From: a candidate division WOR-3 bacterium
GTDB taxonomy: Bacteria; SDB-A
Assembly (NCBI GenBank): GCA_016929715.1
Contig: JAFGIG010000114.1
Span: forward strand, 1-53,937
Direction: 5' to 3'
Length of the DNA: 53,937 nucleotides
Shown piece by piece: positions 19,068-27,824 of the stretch. Within the stretch, counting starts at the first letter, position 1. Every line of letters starts with the position of its first letter. Below the pieces are notes generated by a model. The model worked only from the letters and a program-made list of their open reading frames with translations. It was not told the DNA's origin and ran no database searches. The position numbers were made by a program, and so were the translations under genes.

Positions 19068-21005
19068 TCATGGACCGAGAATCTCTTTGAGTTCTAACAA
19101 CCTCTTATCGTTTGGCCAATTTGCGAGAGCCTTTCTGAGTTCATTTTTAGCTCCGGAATCATCTCCGCGAGCCGACATTATGTATATATTGAGTTCGGAT
19201 TTTTGCGGTGAATCTCGCATTAGCCTGGCTGTCTGCTCGGCTTTTTCGAGATCTCCTGTTGCCATGAAAGCGAGAGTTTTGTAGAAATAGATAAGATCTC
19301 TGTCTCCTCCGAGCAAGAGAGCTTCTTCGAGGTCCCGGAAAACCGCGTCGGTTTCTTTTTGCCCGGTTCCCGATGCTGAAAGAATTGTTTTAGCTCTGTT
19401 TAATCTGTATTGCCAGTGTGAAAAGTTATGATTGAGCGAGTCGAGAACCCGCATAAGTTCTTCTTTTTTTCCAGCGGTATTGAAGTAATTCATCTGATTT
19501 TCCCAGATTACTCTCTGACGGTTCTGTGACGATGGTTCGGGATCGTCTATGACTCTGAATGCGATTTCGCTTGTGGTGTCTGAATAATTGAAAAGAAAGA
19601 AACAGCTTTTAGGTGTGAAATAGCCTGGTATCGATTTTGTCTTCGTCGAAGGGATAAAGACCAAAGGAACGGATTTTTGGATACAGAACTCAATCAGTTT
19701 TTCGGGAGACGATATAAACAGGGATAATTCACCTAATGACTCCAGATACCATTCTTCGTCAAGGAGGTCGGAAAAAACAAGAGTCAGGTCAGCTCTCTCA
19801 TTGTCAATTATTTTTGCATTGAGAAGAAGAAAGTAATCGTTTGTGTTCTCGCAATACACAACTGAGTTTTGAGGAATTACCGAGAGCAGAAGTTTTTGAT
19901 AGAGATTTGCACCTCTTGAATTTCTTCTCTCGGCGGGAGGATGGTTCAGAAATAAACTAAGAGCCGCCGCGAAAATAAGAAAAAAACCCGAAAATTTTCT
20001 GATTCTGACATTTCCGTCGGAAAATGCGCAGGCCATAGAGAAAAAGAAATAAAGCGGCAAAGTATAAGCTGTAAAATCAGGACCTCTTCCGGCTTTTAAG
20101 GCAAAAGCGAGGTATGTAAAAAAAATGACTATGAGGGATAAAGTAATCCATTTGTCTTTCTTAAAAAGCGCCCAAATACCGGTTCCGAAAAGGAAAACTC
20201 CGACAATGGCGGAATTCAGAGCGAGACTCCTCGCTATATCTGCAATCGCGGAAAAAGGATTTTTTTCAGAAAGAAAACCCGAGGCGAAGTCGCCTCTGAA
20301 CTCTTTCATGCTGACGACATCGAAAAAATTTTTAAGATTGTTCGGATTTCCCCAATTGAGAGGAGGAGGGACCGATCCTCTGACGAGGAGAAAAAAATAT
20401 ATCGAGAATCCGAGCGTAAACAAAAGGAGGTAAAGGGATAAAAGTTTAACACTTTTTTCTTTCAAGAACCTTGAAACCAGAAGAAAAGGCAGTGTTATAA
20501 TCAGTAAAATGCTTCCGCCGGAAAATAGTCCCAGCAGGTAGAAAAAAAGTCCGGATTTTTTCTCTGATCCGTAGACTATAGGAAAAAAACAAAGGCCTGC
20601 CGCGAAAAGAGAATATGTTTCGGCGACAGTGGAGTAATGCAAAAGAGGGAAAGAAAAACCGAACATCAGAGGAGCTCCTACGCTGGAGGCGAAAGTCCTG
20701 CCTGAACGCACCAGAAAAAAAGAGAAGAAAAAAAGAGAGAGAGATGAACAAAAGACATTTGCCAGGACGACAGCCCTGGCTTGCGGAACAAAAGAGCCCA
20801 GCAAGATGACTGAAAACCTTCCCATTATCGAATATAAAGGGTGCCCCGGAGAATGTGTTATGGAAAGAGTTCTGGCGACGATGTCCATAAGAGGTGAATC
20901 TTCCCAGAAAAGGCCGGGAGCGGAGAAAAAAAGATAAACAGCAAACGAAACAGCCGCGGTAATGATTGGCGGAGCGAACATGACAATAAACTTCTTTTTT
21001 GCCAT
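19068..21005 (-). CDS. DUF2723 (TMEM260-like, GT-C fold glycosyltransferase family) membrane protein with C-terminal TPR-like region
   Basis: N-terminal FWEDSPLMDIV...LSITHSPGHPLYS matches the DUF2723 signature (W.DsgE....LGIaHPPGyPLy). About 11 TM segments, then a soluble helical-repeat tail. Confidence 0.7.
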   Translation of the reverse strand: MAKKKFIVMFAPPIITAAVSFAVYLFFSAPGLFWEDSPLMDIVARTLSITHSPGHPLYSIMGRFSVILLGSFVPQARAVVLANVFCSSLSLFFFSFFLVRSGRTFASSVGAPLMFGFSFPLLHYSTVAETYSLFAAGLCFFPIVYGSEKKSGLFFYLLGLFSGGSILLIITLPFLLVSRFLKEKSVKLLSLYLLLFTLGFSIYFFLLVRGSVPPPLNWGNPNNLKNFFDVVSMKEFRGDFASGFLSEKNPFSAIADIARSLALNSAIVGVFLFGTGIWALFKKDKWITLSLIVIFFTYLAFALKAGRGPDFTAYTLPLYFFFSMACAFSDGNVRIRKFSGFFLIFAAALSLFLNHPPAERRNSRGANLYQKLLLSVIPQNSVVYCENTNDYFLLLNAKIIDNERADLTLVFSDLLDEEWYLESLGELSLFISSPEKLIEFCIQKSVPLVFIPSTKTKSIPGYFTPKSCFFLFNYSDTTSEIAFRVIDDPEPSSQNRQRVIWENQMNYFNTAGKKEELMRVLDSLNHNFSHWQYRLNRAKTILSASGTGQKETDAVFRDLEEALLLGGDRDLIYFYKTLAFMATGDLEKAEQTARLMRDSPQKSELNIYIMSARGDDSGAKNELRKALANWPNDKRLLELKEILGP

Positions 21006-22376
21006 TTACAATCCTATCATTCTCAATACGAATTTTACGTCGGATAAGAATGATTTAGAGCTGAAACAGAAGGTTTTACCTGTTATATTGAGCAATTTCC
21101 CTGGGTTTAAGTAAAATTTAAGATAGGCTTTTTTCAGAAGTTTTTTCATCTCGCCTCTGCTCAAGCCCGGAAGATCAAGGTCTGGCGCGTCATAAAGGCT
21201 CTTTTCCGAAATCCCTTTCGACAGAAATCCTTTTTTATGGTAGATCTCGTGAATCCTTGTGCCTTTATATGGCTGGAGTATGAAAAACTTGGCGAAGTGA
21301 GCTTTTGAAGCTTTTGCCCCCCGAATACTCTCTTCAACTGTTTCTCGTGTCTCGCAGGGCAAGCCGAAAATATAGAAAATCCAGGTAGTAAAACCTTTTT
21401 CGGCGCAAAGCCTGACTGCATCTTCGTATTTCTTCATTTCGACTGCCTTGCCGATGTTCCTGTAGATTTCATCCGAGGCTGTCTCTATTCCAAATCCCGC
21501 ATTAACGAAATTTGATCGCTTCATCTGCTCCAGCATATCCTCGTCTATATTTGAGGGTCTCAGTCCATTCATGAAATAAAATTTTAGGGGAAGCCTTTTT
21601 TTCCTCAACATAAACAAAAAATTTTCTGTCCATTCCCTGTCTCCAGTGAAGTCATCGTCGGTTATGTGAATTTCCTTCGCCTTGATCTGCTTGTGAATAT
21701 ATTCTATTAAATGCATGGCTCTTTCGGGGGACATTCTGCGGACTTTTCTGCCCCAGACAGTAGGGGTGGAACAGAATATACAGTTTCCCGTGCAGCCTCT
21801 GCTGAAAGATACCGGGACAGCAGGCGTCTGCCTGGATTCGGGGGGGTTGAAAAGTTTCCAGTCCCGGACAAGTCCGTAATCCGGGAAAGGTATTGAATCG
21901 AGATCTTCTATAAAATCAGACGCGGGATTTTCTCTATTTCTTGTCGTCACGCCTTCGACGCGGTCAATGCTTTGATTTTTCGAAAGAAGAACAGCTGTTT
22001 TCACAGCGGAATATTCTCCTTCTCCTTTCACGACTGCCAAAACGCCTTCAGCGAGAGCGGTTTTCCCGTAAGAAGTAGCGTGAGGACCTCCGAGAATGAT
22101 CGAAGGACCGTTATTTTGTGCGAGGATTCGACCAATACGCCTGATGTTTTTGAAAAGCGGGGTTGTGCAGGTTGCGAATACCGCAAGAACTTCATTTTGA
22201 GTGAGTCTTTCGATGAGCTCTCTTTTTCCGAGAAAATCTTCCTGGACTAATTCTGTTCTGAAACCTTCCCTTTTGAGGACGGAAGACAGATAGAGAAGAC
22301 CCAACGGCGGATAAGGGACTTTCCCCGCGTAAAGCCGTTTTTGGGACGGTGAAAAAAGAAGAATTTTATTTTTCAT
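21006..22376 (-). CDS. B12-binding-domain radical SAM protein
   Basis: N-terminal Rossmann-like B12-binding region (PPLGLLYLSS..., GGPHATS) followed by the radical-SAM motif SRGCTGNCIFCSTP. Confidence 0.85.
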   Translation of the reverse strand: MKNKILLFSPSQKRLYAGKVPYPPLGLLYLSSVLKREGFRTELVQEDFLGKRELIERLTQNEVLAVFATCTTPLFKNIRRIGRILAQNNGPSIILGGPHATSYGKTALAEGVLAVVKGEGEYSAVKTAVLLSKNQSIDRVEGVTTRNRENPASDFIEDLDSIPFPDYGLVRDWKLFNPPESRQTPAVPVSFSRGCTGNCIFCSTPTVWGRKVRRMSPERAMHLIEYIHKQIKAKEIHITDDDFTGDREWTENFLFMLRKKRLPLKFYFMNGLRPSNIDEDMLEQMKRSNFVNAGFGIETASDEIYRNIGKAVEMKKYEDAVRLCAEKGFTTWIFYIFGLPCETRETVEESIRGAKASKAHFAKFFILQPYKGTRIHEIYHKKGFLSKGISEKSLYDAPDLDLPGLSRGEMKKLLKKAYLKFYLNPGKLLNITGKTFCFSSKSFLSDVKFVLRMIGL

Positions 22377-23203
22377 GCGACAGCGACCGGGTTAGTCCTG
22401 CCTCTGATATATGAAAGAAATACTTTTCTGCAGGCAGGCAGGCTTTTCTTTTTCAATGAACTCAGCGGAACAAATAAGTTCCCCTCTCTTTTGTTATCAG
22501 AGATCAGCTTTTCGATAAAATAACCGTATTTTATGCCTTCGAGTTCGGCATGAGCGCAATAAACTCCGCCTTCTTTCAGAACATAATCAAAAGAATCTCC
22601 GGATACAAGCAGTTCATCTAGAGTCGGAAGGGTCACCGGTATCTGGATTGTTTTCAATTTCTCATTTTGTCCGGTTATTGGGTAAAAAGGGGAGGCGGAT
22701 CTGACGTCGCTGGCGTAGTCGAAACCGATAGAATCCTGAAGTTTGAGAAAATCCGGAGAGATTTTCCAACCGGGAGCTCCCGTGAATGAAGGAACAAAAC
22801 CAGCCGCAGAGGAGAATTCCTCTATCCCCTTGATAAGGTTTTGAAAAAAAAATCTTTCTTTTCCAGGCCTGAAAGCGGCTATCCACCTGTAATGCGAAAA
22901 CCCGTGAAGACCGGCCTCATGCCCTTCAGAGAGGACGCGGGCGACTGTATTTTTAAGCGATTTAGACTCGTTGTTTTTAAGCAGGTTCAAATAAGAACCG
23001 CTGTCTTTGATTATTTTTTTAGCAAAGTTTTTTTCAATAAACAGCCTTGAAAAAGAAAGCATAAAATCATCAGGACCGGTGGAGAAGAAAAATGACGCAT
23101 GAACTTTATAACGGGAGAGGATTTTCAGTATTTCCGGAACGCCGTAATTCAGACCTGTTTTTGTGTCAACATCTATCCTGAGACCGCATATCTTTTCAAA
23201 CAT
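22373..23203 (-). CDS. ArnD-like polysaccharide deacetylase (4-deoxy-4-formamido-L-arabinose-phosphoundecaprenol deformylase family)
   Basis: Several blocks are collinear with E. coli ArnD as I remember it: LRIDVDT, GVPEILKIL, ASFFFSTGPD, IQIPVTLPTLDEL, HAELEG. Confidence 0.8.
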   Translation of the reverse strand: MFEKICGLRIDVDTKTGLNYGVPEILKILSRYKVHASFFFSTGPDDFMLSFSRLFIEKNFAKKIIKDSGSYLNLLKNNESKSLKNTVARVLSEGHEAGLHGFSHYRWIAAFRPGKERFFFQNLIKGIEEFSSAAGFVPSFTGAPGWKISPDFLKLQDSIGFDYASDVRSASPFYPITGQNEKLKTIQIPVTLPTLDELLVSGDSFDYVLKEGGVYCAHAELEGIKYGYFIEKLISDNKREGNLFVPLSSLKKKSLPACRKVFLSYIRGRTNPVAVA

Positions 23204-23210
23204 ATTTTTC

Positions 23211-23284
23211 CGTGCCCGAAAGGACTCGAACCTTCAACCTGCGGATCCGGAATCCGCTGCTCTATCCGATTGAGCCACGGGCAC
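23211..23284 (-). tRNA. tRNA-Arg (anticodon CCG)
   Basis: On the reverse strand: acceptor GTGCCCG/CGGGCAC, D arm GCTC-AATCGGAT-AGAGC, anticodon stem GCGGA/TCCGC with loop TTCCGGA (CCG), T arm GAAGG-TTCGAGT-CCTTT. It ends 7 nt upstream of the arnD-like start codon. Confidence 0.9.
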
Positions 23285-23313
23285 GTGTGCGACTGGGGAA
23301 AATCTCTTTTTAG

Positions 23314-23409
23314 TTATCTGATTTTCTTTTTATGTCTGTTTAGTCTGCGTTTTTTTTTCAGTTTATGAGTACGAATTTTCTGTAATTTTCTTTTTCTACC
23401 GCAGGGCAA
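23314..23409 (-). CDS. 31-aa hyper-basic small protein, bS22 / AURKAIP1-COX24-like (not in the ORF track)
   Basis: Hand translation of the reverse strand gives TTG-start (M)PCGRKRKLQKIRTHKLKKKRRLNRHKKKIR and a TAA stop. AGGAGG lies 4 nt upstream of the TTG. It resembles the MPSGKKRKRHKM.THKRKKR...NRHKKK small ribosomal-protein family of Bacteroidota (from memory). Confidence 0.6.
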   Translation of the reverse strand: MPCGRKRKLQKIRTHKLKKKRRLNRHKKKIR

Positions 23410-23420
23410 AGTTCCTCCTA

Positions 23421-23714
23421 TCAATTTTTTTTGACTGACTCTTTTATAAATCTCGCCGGTTTGAAAGTTGGAGCCAGGTGATCCGGAATGTTCATCATCT
23501 GTTTCGTCCTTGGATTTATGGCGCTTCTTCCTTTTCTGCTTTTGACCTTGAAAACGCCGAATCCTCTTATTTCAACTCTTTCGTGTCTTGCAATAGTTCC
23601 AACGAGGGCGTCGATGAAAGCGTTGACAACTACACTCGTGTCTTTCTTGGGAAAACCAGTAGATTCAGCGACTTCATTTATAAGATCCATTTTTGTTTTT
23701 GTCGTGTCTCTCAT
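23421..23714 (-). CDS. HU/IHF family DNA-binding protein
   Basis: MDLINEVAE...VEIRGFGVFKVKSRKGRSAINPRTKQMMNIPDHLAPTFKP, the typical HU/IHF arm. The true start may be the Met at codon 9 (23690). Confidence 0.85.
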   Translation of the reverse strand: MRDTTKTKMDLINEVAESTGFPKKDTSVVVNAFIDALVGTIARHERVEIRGFGVFKVKSRKGRSAINPRTKQMMNIPDHLAPTFKPARFIKESVKKN

Positions 23715-23746
23715 TTTTGACTCCTTTTCAAAACGTTGGGCACAGT

Positions 23747-24241
23747 TTACCAGTTTTCTGTCATCAAAGAAATGAGGATTTTTGAAAAATCTTCATAAGC
23801 AGACTTCTTTCCGTCATCTTCCGACTGATTATATGCCGAATAAATGCCGTTTGCAATAATTAGTTTGTCTTTCCAGATAGTGTCGTTTTCAATATTGTTG
23901 ATGTAAGTGACGCTCACCGCAATGGAAACTTGATATTGTTCAATAGTTTCGTCAGAAGTATAAGAAAAAACTTCATTCGAATATGAAGAGACCTTTAGAT
24001 AAAGAGTCAAGTCAGGATCTTTTGAATCGGTCAGCAGTAGGCGGGAATCTTTAATAAAAGCGCTTCTGACAGCCTCTGTAAATGCCTGCTCTATTCCATA
24101 CATGCCTGAAATGTTTTCAGCCGCAGGAACTGAAATACTCTGAGCTTTAGGAGGAAAAGTGCCTCCGTGGAAAGAATAAGAGACACAACCCGATATAGAA
24201 AAAAGCAATATTGCCGAAATTTTTGACATTTTTAATATCAC
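23747..24241 (-). CDS. LptE-like outer-membrane lipoprotein (tentative)
   Basis: Lipobox LFSISGC. Its size and YSF.GG..P...SI.V pattern resemble Bacteroidota-type LptE family proteins. The assignment is tentative. Confidence 0.45.
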   Translation of the reverse strand: MILKMSKISAILLFSISGCVSYSFHGGTFPPKAQSISVPAAENISGMYGIEQAFTEAVRSAFIKDSRLLLTDSKDPDLTLYLKVSSYSNEVFSYTSDETIEQYQVSIAVSVTYINNIENDTIWKDKLIIANGIYSAYNQSEDDGKKSAYEDFSKILISLMTENW

Positions 24242-24261
24242 GGTTTATTATCATATCTAGT

Positions 24262-24744
24262 ATGGAAAAAGTAAAGAATCCATTTCTGCTTCTCGGCAAT
24301 TACAATTGTTTTGCCTGCTCGCCCCACAACTCCCTTGGTCTTCAACTTGAGTTTTTCAGAGAAGGCGAGGATGTTTTCGCTTTCTTTAAGACGAGCGTAA
24401 AATACGAAGGTTTTCCGGGAATGCTTCATGGAGGCATAGCCGGAACCATTCTTGACGAAGTCATGTTCTGGGCTTCTTTCGAGAAGACAAAGTTAATGGC
24501 TGTTACCCTGTCAATGGAAGTCAAATACAAGTTTCCTCTGCCCCTCGGAGCGGACTTGAAAGCGACAGCAAGAGTGATTGAAGTAAAGCGCAGAAAGGTC
24601 ATATGTGAATCTCAAATAGAAGACAAAGACAGAAAAGTTTTTTGCAGTGCCGGAGGAATTTACTATATGCCCGACAGAAAGAAATTTTCCCAAATGGCAC
24701 AAATGGACGTTGATAAAGGTCCTTTAGCCGGTTTTTTCAGGTAG
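24262..24744 (+). CDS. PaaI-family hotdog-fold thioesterase
   Basis: MEKVKNPF... start. N-terminal CFACSPHN motif plus GMLHGGIAGTILDEVM core. I chose the ATG at 24262 over 24211, which overlaps the divergent gene. Confidence 0.7.
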   Translation: MEKVKNPFLLLGNYNCFACSPHNSLGLQLEFFREGEDVFAFFKTSVKYEGFPGMLHGGIAGTILDEVMFWASFEKTKLMAVTLSMEVKYKFPLPLGADLKATARVIEVKRRKVICESQIEDKDRKVFCSAGGIYYMPDRKKFSQMAQMDVDKGPLAGFFR

Positions 24745-25359
24745 GAAATCTATTAAAACGAATCTTTCGCCTTTTTTCAAAGGTGCCGGCAGTGTTCTTT
24801 TAGATCTTTTGAGGAGCTCGGTAAAGATTATTTCGTCTGATTCTGGAACCGAGAAAGAAATCAGAACATTTTCTGCGAAAGTTTCTTTCATGAAATAAAC
24901 TCTAACTGAATCTGTCAAACATTTGAATTCTTCTAAATGCTTATAACTGCAAGCTAATTCAAAATCTACAACCTTTACGAGCTTTTGCAGTCTGGCTGAC
25001 TTTATTGCCGAGGACGCCGCCTTGACGTATGCCCTGGTGAGACCCGCAGCGCCGAGTTTTATACCTCCGAAAATTCTGCTGACGATTATCAGGGTTTCAA
25101 AGAGTTCAGCTCTTTCCATCCGCGTTAAAATCGGCTTTCCTGAAGTTCCTGCCGGTTCTCCGTCGTCAGAGTATTTTTTAAGTTCGCCTAAAAGTAAAGC
25201 GTAGGGGTGATGATTGGCGTTTTTAAACAATTTCCGGCGTTCAGTGATTGTTTTTTTCGCCTCTTCCGGGTCCTGCACTCGCGCTATATATGCAATAAAA
25301 CGGCTCTTTTTCTCAGTGATTTGGGCTTCTGAAGGAGATTTTGGAACGTATTTACTCAT
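24724..25359 (-). CDS. YigZ/IMPACT family protein (UPF0029)
   Basis: KKSRFIAY...ANHHPYA...SDDGEPAGTSGKPIL signature plus a C-terminal DUF1949-like region. Confidence 0.8.
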   Translation of the reverse strand: MSKYVPKSPSEAQITEKKSRFIAYIARVQDPEEAKKTITERRKLFKNANHHPYALLLGELKKYSDDGEPAGTSGKPILTRMERAELFETLIIVSRIFGGIKLGAAGLTRAYVKAASSAIKSARLQKLVKVVDFELACSYKHLEEFKCLTDSVRVYFMKETFAENVLISFSVPESDEIIFTELLKRSKRTLPAPLKKGERFVLIDFLPEKTG

Positions 25360-25369
25360 ATTAAAGAAT

Positions 25370-27028
25370 TCAGAGGTTGATTTTTTTTAGCGACCTGAGC
25401 GCCAGAAGAGGAAAGGTAATCGCGAAAACCGCTGTCAATAAAAGGACCACTGACTGGCAGGCGGCTAAAAGGAGGAAATTCACCTTTCCTCCGAAGAAAA
25501 AAGTCGTTCTGAAATAATCAAAAGCCCATTGGTTCATAACAAGCAGAGAGAAGATCAGATAGAAAAGACTGACAACCGCGGCTATTATTCCTCCGGCTCC
25601 CGCGGAAAGTCTTGAAGGATTCTTCTCTTTGAAATTCGGAACCATGCCGCCTATGCCTATATTAATGCCTGTTATTGCCCATGAAAATAGAAAGATGTTG
25701 ATTATGCCGATTAAAGCGATTAACTTTCCTGTCTTGAGAAAATAATTGCCAAGGGATACGAGCATGATTCCCGTAAGGAGGATGGGGATTAAGCCGATGA
25801 AATATTTTATCGCCAAAAAAGTCTTTAGATCAGTGTATGTTCTCATAAGCCAGAACGAATTTCCTTCCAGGCTTATAGCCGGATAGGTAAACCGCACGGA
25901 AATTGTGACCATAAGATAAGAAACGAACGCGATGTTAGCAAAGGAAATAAAAGTCATAAACACAGGGAGCCTGACGTTGAAAGACGAGTTTATGATTCCT
26001 AAAATGTATATGATCAGCAGGAGAACGAGAATAAGGCTCTGGCCCCACTGTGTCGGTTCCCGAAAAAACACGAGCAGGTCTTTGTATGCGAGTATTCTCG
26101 CTGACCTGAAAATTCTGCCTTTTATGGCGGGGAATCCCTTCGTTTTTTTTGATGTGTTGCCTGAAACTGCCGGAATCGTCAAAAAAAGCTTTTGATACCT
26201 TAGAGAAGACAGTCCCAGAAGGACAAATCCCGCCAGACAGTATAATGCCATGGCTCCCAGCGGTCTGATCCAGGCAAAACCCGGTTTAACCGAGGCTTTC
26301 ATGGTTTGGGCGAAAAACTCAGAGGGAAGATGTCTGAAAGCCGGAAGTTCAATTGAGTTTATGTAGTCAAGAACGCCCTGCATTGTGGTTATATCCGGAA
26401 CTCTGAAGAGGATGTTAAATTTCATGGAAAGATAGACTACTATGAATAAAGAGAGTATGGCTATTGTAGTAAAAGCGATTTTAAGCCTTGAAAAGCTCAG
26501 AAACGCCGGAAATATCATGAAGATTATGAATATTCCCGCTGAAGCCGTCGTCAGCAGGAACAAAAATAGAGATACTATGGAAACTGCATAGTATTTGTAT
26601 GAACCCATGTAAATCGAACCGTATGCGTTGATGACAGGTATATTGACTATTACGCTTGCCCATGAAGCGAAAACAATGTTTTCAATGAGCCGCGACGCAA
26701 ATATTTTTTTGGCATCGAGGGGAAGAGAAAAAAGATAATCGACCTCGGGATTCCTGAAAAAAGTCGGGATGGATGTAATAATGTTGCTTATAATTAGAAA
26801 AAAGAAGAAAGATGAAAAAGTCATCGCTATGAGTCTTGTTATAATCACAGGGCCTATATATTCTTCAATATAGAGAAAACCGAAAATTCTTTTCAGTATG
26901 GCGTATATTCCTGTATAAAAAACAGTGATAACCGTGAAAAATGAGATTGATTTGACTATGCTTTGAGCGGAAAAAGTAAACAGTTCTCTTTTGAGAATTA
27001 TAAGTTTCAATCGCAGAAGCGGTTTCAT
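25370..27028 (-). CDS. Polytopic membrane permease partner of the upstream ABC ATPase (putative ABC exporter family)
   Basis: 552 aa with about 12-14 hydrophobic segments. Its start overlaps the ATPase stop by 4 nt (translational coupling). Confidence 0.65.
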   Translation of the reverse strand: MKPLLRLKLIILKRELFTFSAQSIVKSISFFTVITVFYTGIYAILKRIFGFLYIEEYIGPVIITRLIAMTFSSFFFFLIISNIITSIPTFFRNPEVDYLFSLPLDAKKIFASRLIENIVFASWASVIVNIPVINAYGSIYMGSYKYYAVSIVSLFLFLLTTASAGIFIIFMIFPAFLSFSRLKIAFTTIAILSLFIVVYLSMKFNILFRVPDITTMQGVLDYINSIELPAFRHLPSEFFAQTMKASVKPGFAWIRPLGAMALYCLAGFVLLGLSSLRYQKLFLTIPAVSGNTSKKTKGFPAIKGRIFRSARILAYKDLLVFFREPTQWGQSLILVLLLIIYILGIINSSFNVRLPVFMTFISFANIAFVSYLMVTISVRFTYPAISLEGNSFWLMRTYTDLKTFLAIKYFIGLIPILLTGIMLVSLGNYFLKTGKLIALIGIINIFLFSWAITGINIGIGGMVPNFKEKNPSRLSAGAGGIIAAVVSLFYLIFSLLVMNQWAFDYFRTTFFFGGKVNFLLLAACQSVVLLLTAVFAITFPLLALRSLKKINL

Positions 27029-27744
27029 GTCTGCTCGGCTATCATCTTTAGGAAAATCTCCTCGAGATTTTCCCTTTTTCGGGAAGTCAGTTCTTCAGGG
27101 TTTCCCCTGTATATTAATTTACCCCGGTTAATTACTCCGACCATGTCTGCTATGTCTTCAGCGAGAGAGAGCGTATGGGTTGACAAAAAGACAATTTTAC
27201 CGCCGGTCGCAAAATCCTTAAAAAGATCTTTAACTCTTTTTGCAGACAGCGGGTCGAGGCCGACCATAGGCTCGTCTATGAGAAGAAGATATGGATCGTG
27301 GATCAGAGAAGACGCAATGGCTACTCTCTGTTTCATTCCATGAGAGTAGCTTTCGACGAGATTGTCTATCCAGTCGCCGAATGCGAGATAATCGTCGAGA
27401 TATGACAGGCGTCTTTTGAATGTCTTTCTGTCAATGTAAAACAATTCGGAGACGAACTGGAGAAATTCCCTTCCTGTGAGTTTCTCGTAAAGAAAAGGTG
27501 TGTCCGGTATGTATCCTATCAGTTTTTTTATTTTTTTTGGTTCTTTGACTAAATCTATACCGCCAATTTTAACTTCGCCCTCATCGGGCAAAAGCAGAGT
27601 CGCGAGTATTTTTATTGTAGTAGTTTTGCCTGCGCCGTTAGGGCCTATGAAGGCGAAAATGCTTTTCTCCGGGATTTCTATATTCACTCCGTCAACAGCC
27701 CGGACTTTGCCGTAGTATTTTTTCAAATCTTTAATTGCGAGCAT
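27025..27744 (-). CDS. ABC transporter ATP-binding protein
   Basis: Walker A GPNGAGKTT, signature-like SHGMKQR, Walker B LLLIDEPMVGLD. Confidence 0.9.
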   Translation of the reverse strand: MLAIKDLKKYYGKVRAVDGVNIEIPEKSIFAFIGPNGAGKTTTIKILATLLLPDEGEVKIGGIDLVKEPKKIKKLIGYIPDTPFLYEKLTGREFLQFVSELFYIDRKTFKRRLSYLDDYLAFGDWIDNLVESYSHGMKQRVAIASSLIHDPYLLLIDEPMVGLDPLSAKRVKDLFKDFATGGKIVFLSTHTLSLAEDIADMVGVINRGKLIYRGNPEELTSRKRENLEEIFLKMIAEQT

Positions 27745-27824
27745 CAGAAAATGATATCATAATGAACTGTAATTTCAATTAGGTATGTAAATCTTTTCGG
27801 AGAACATAATTAAAAAAGGTTTTT

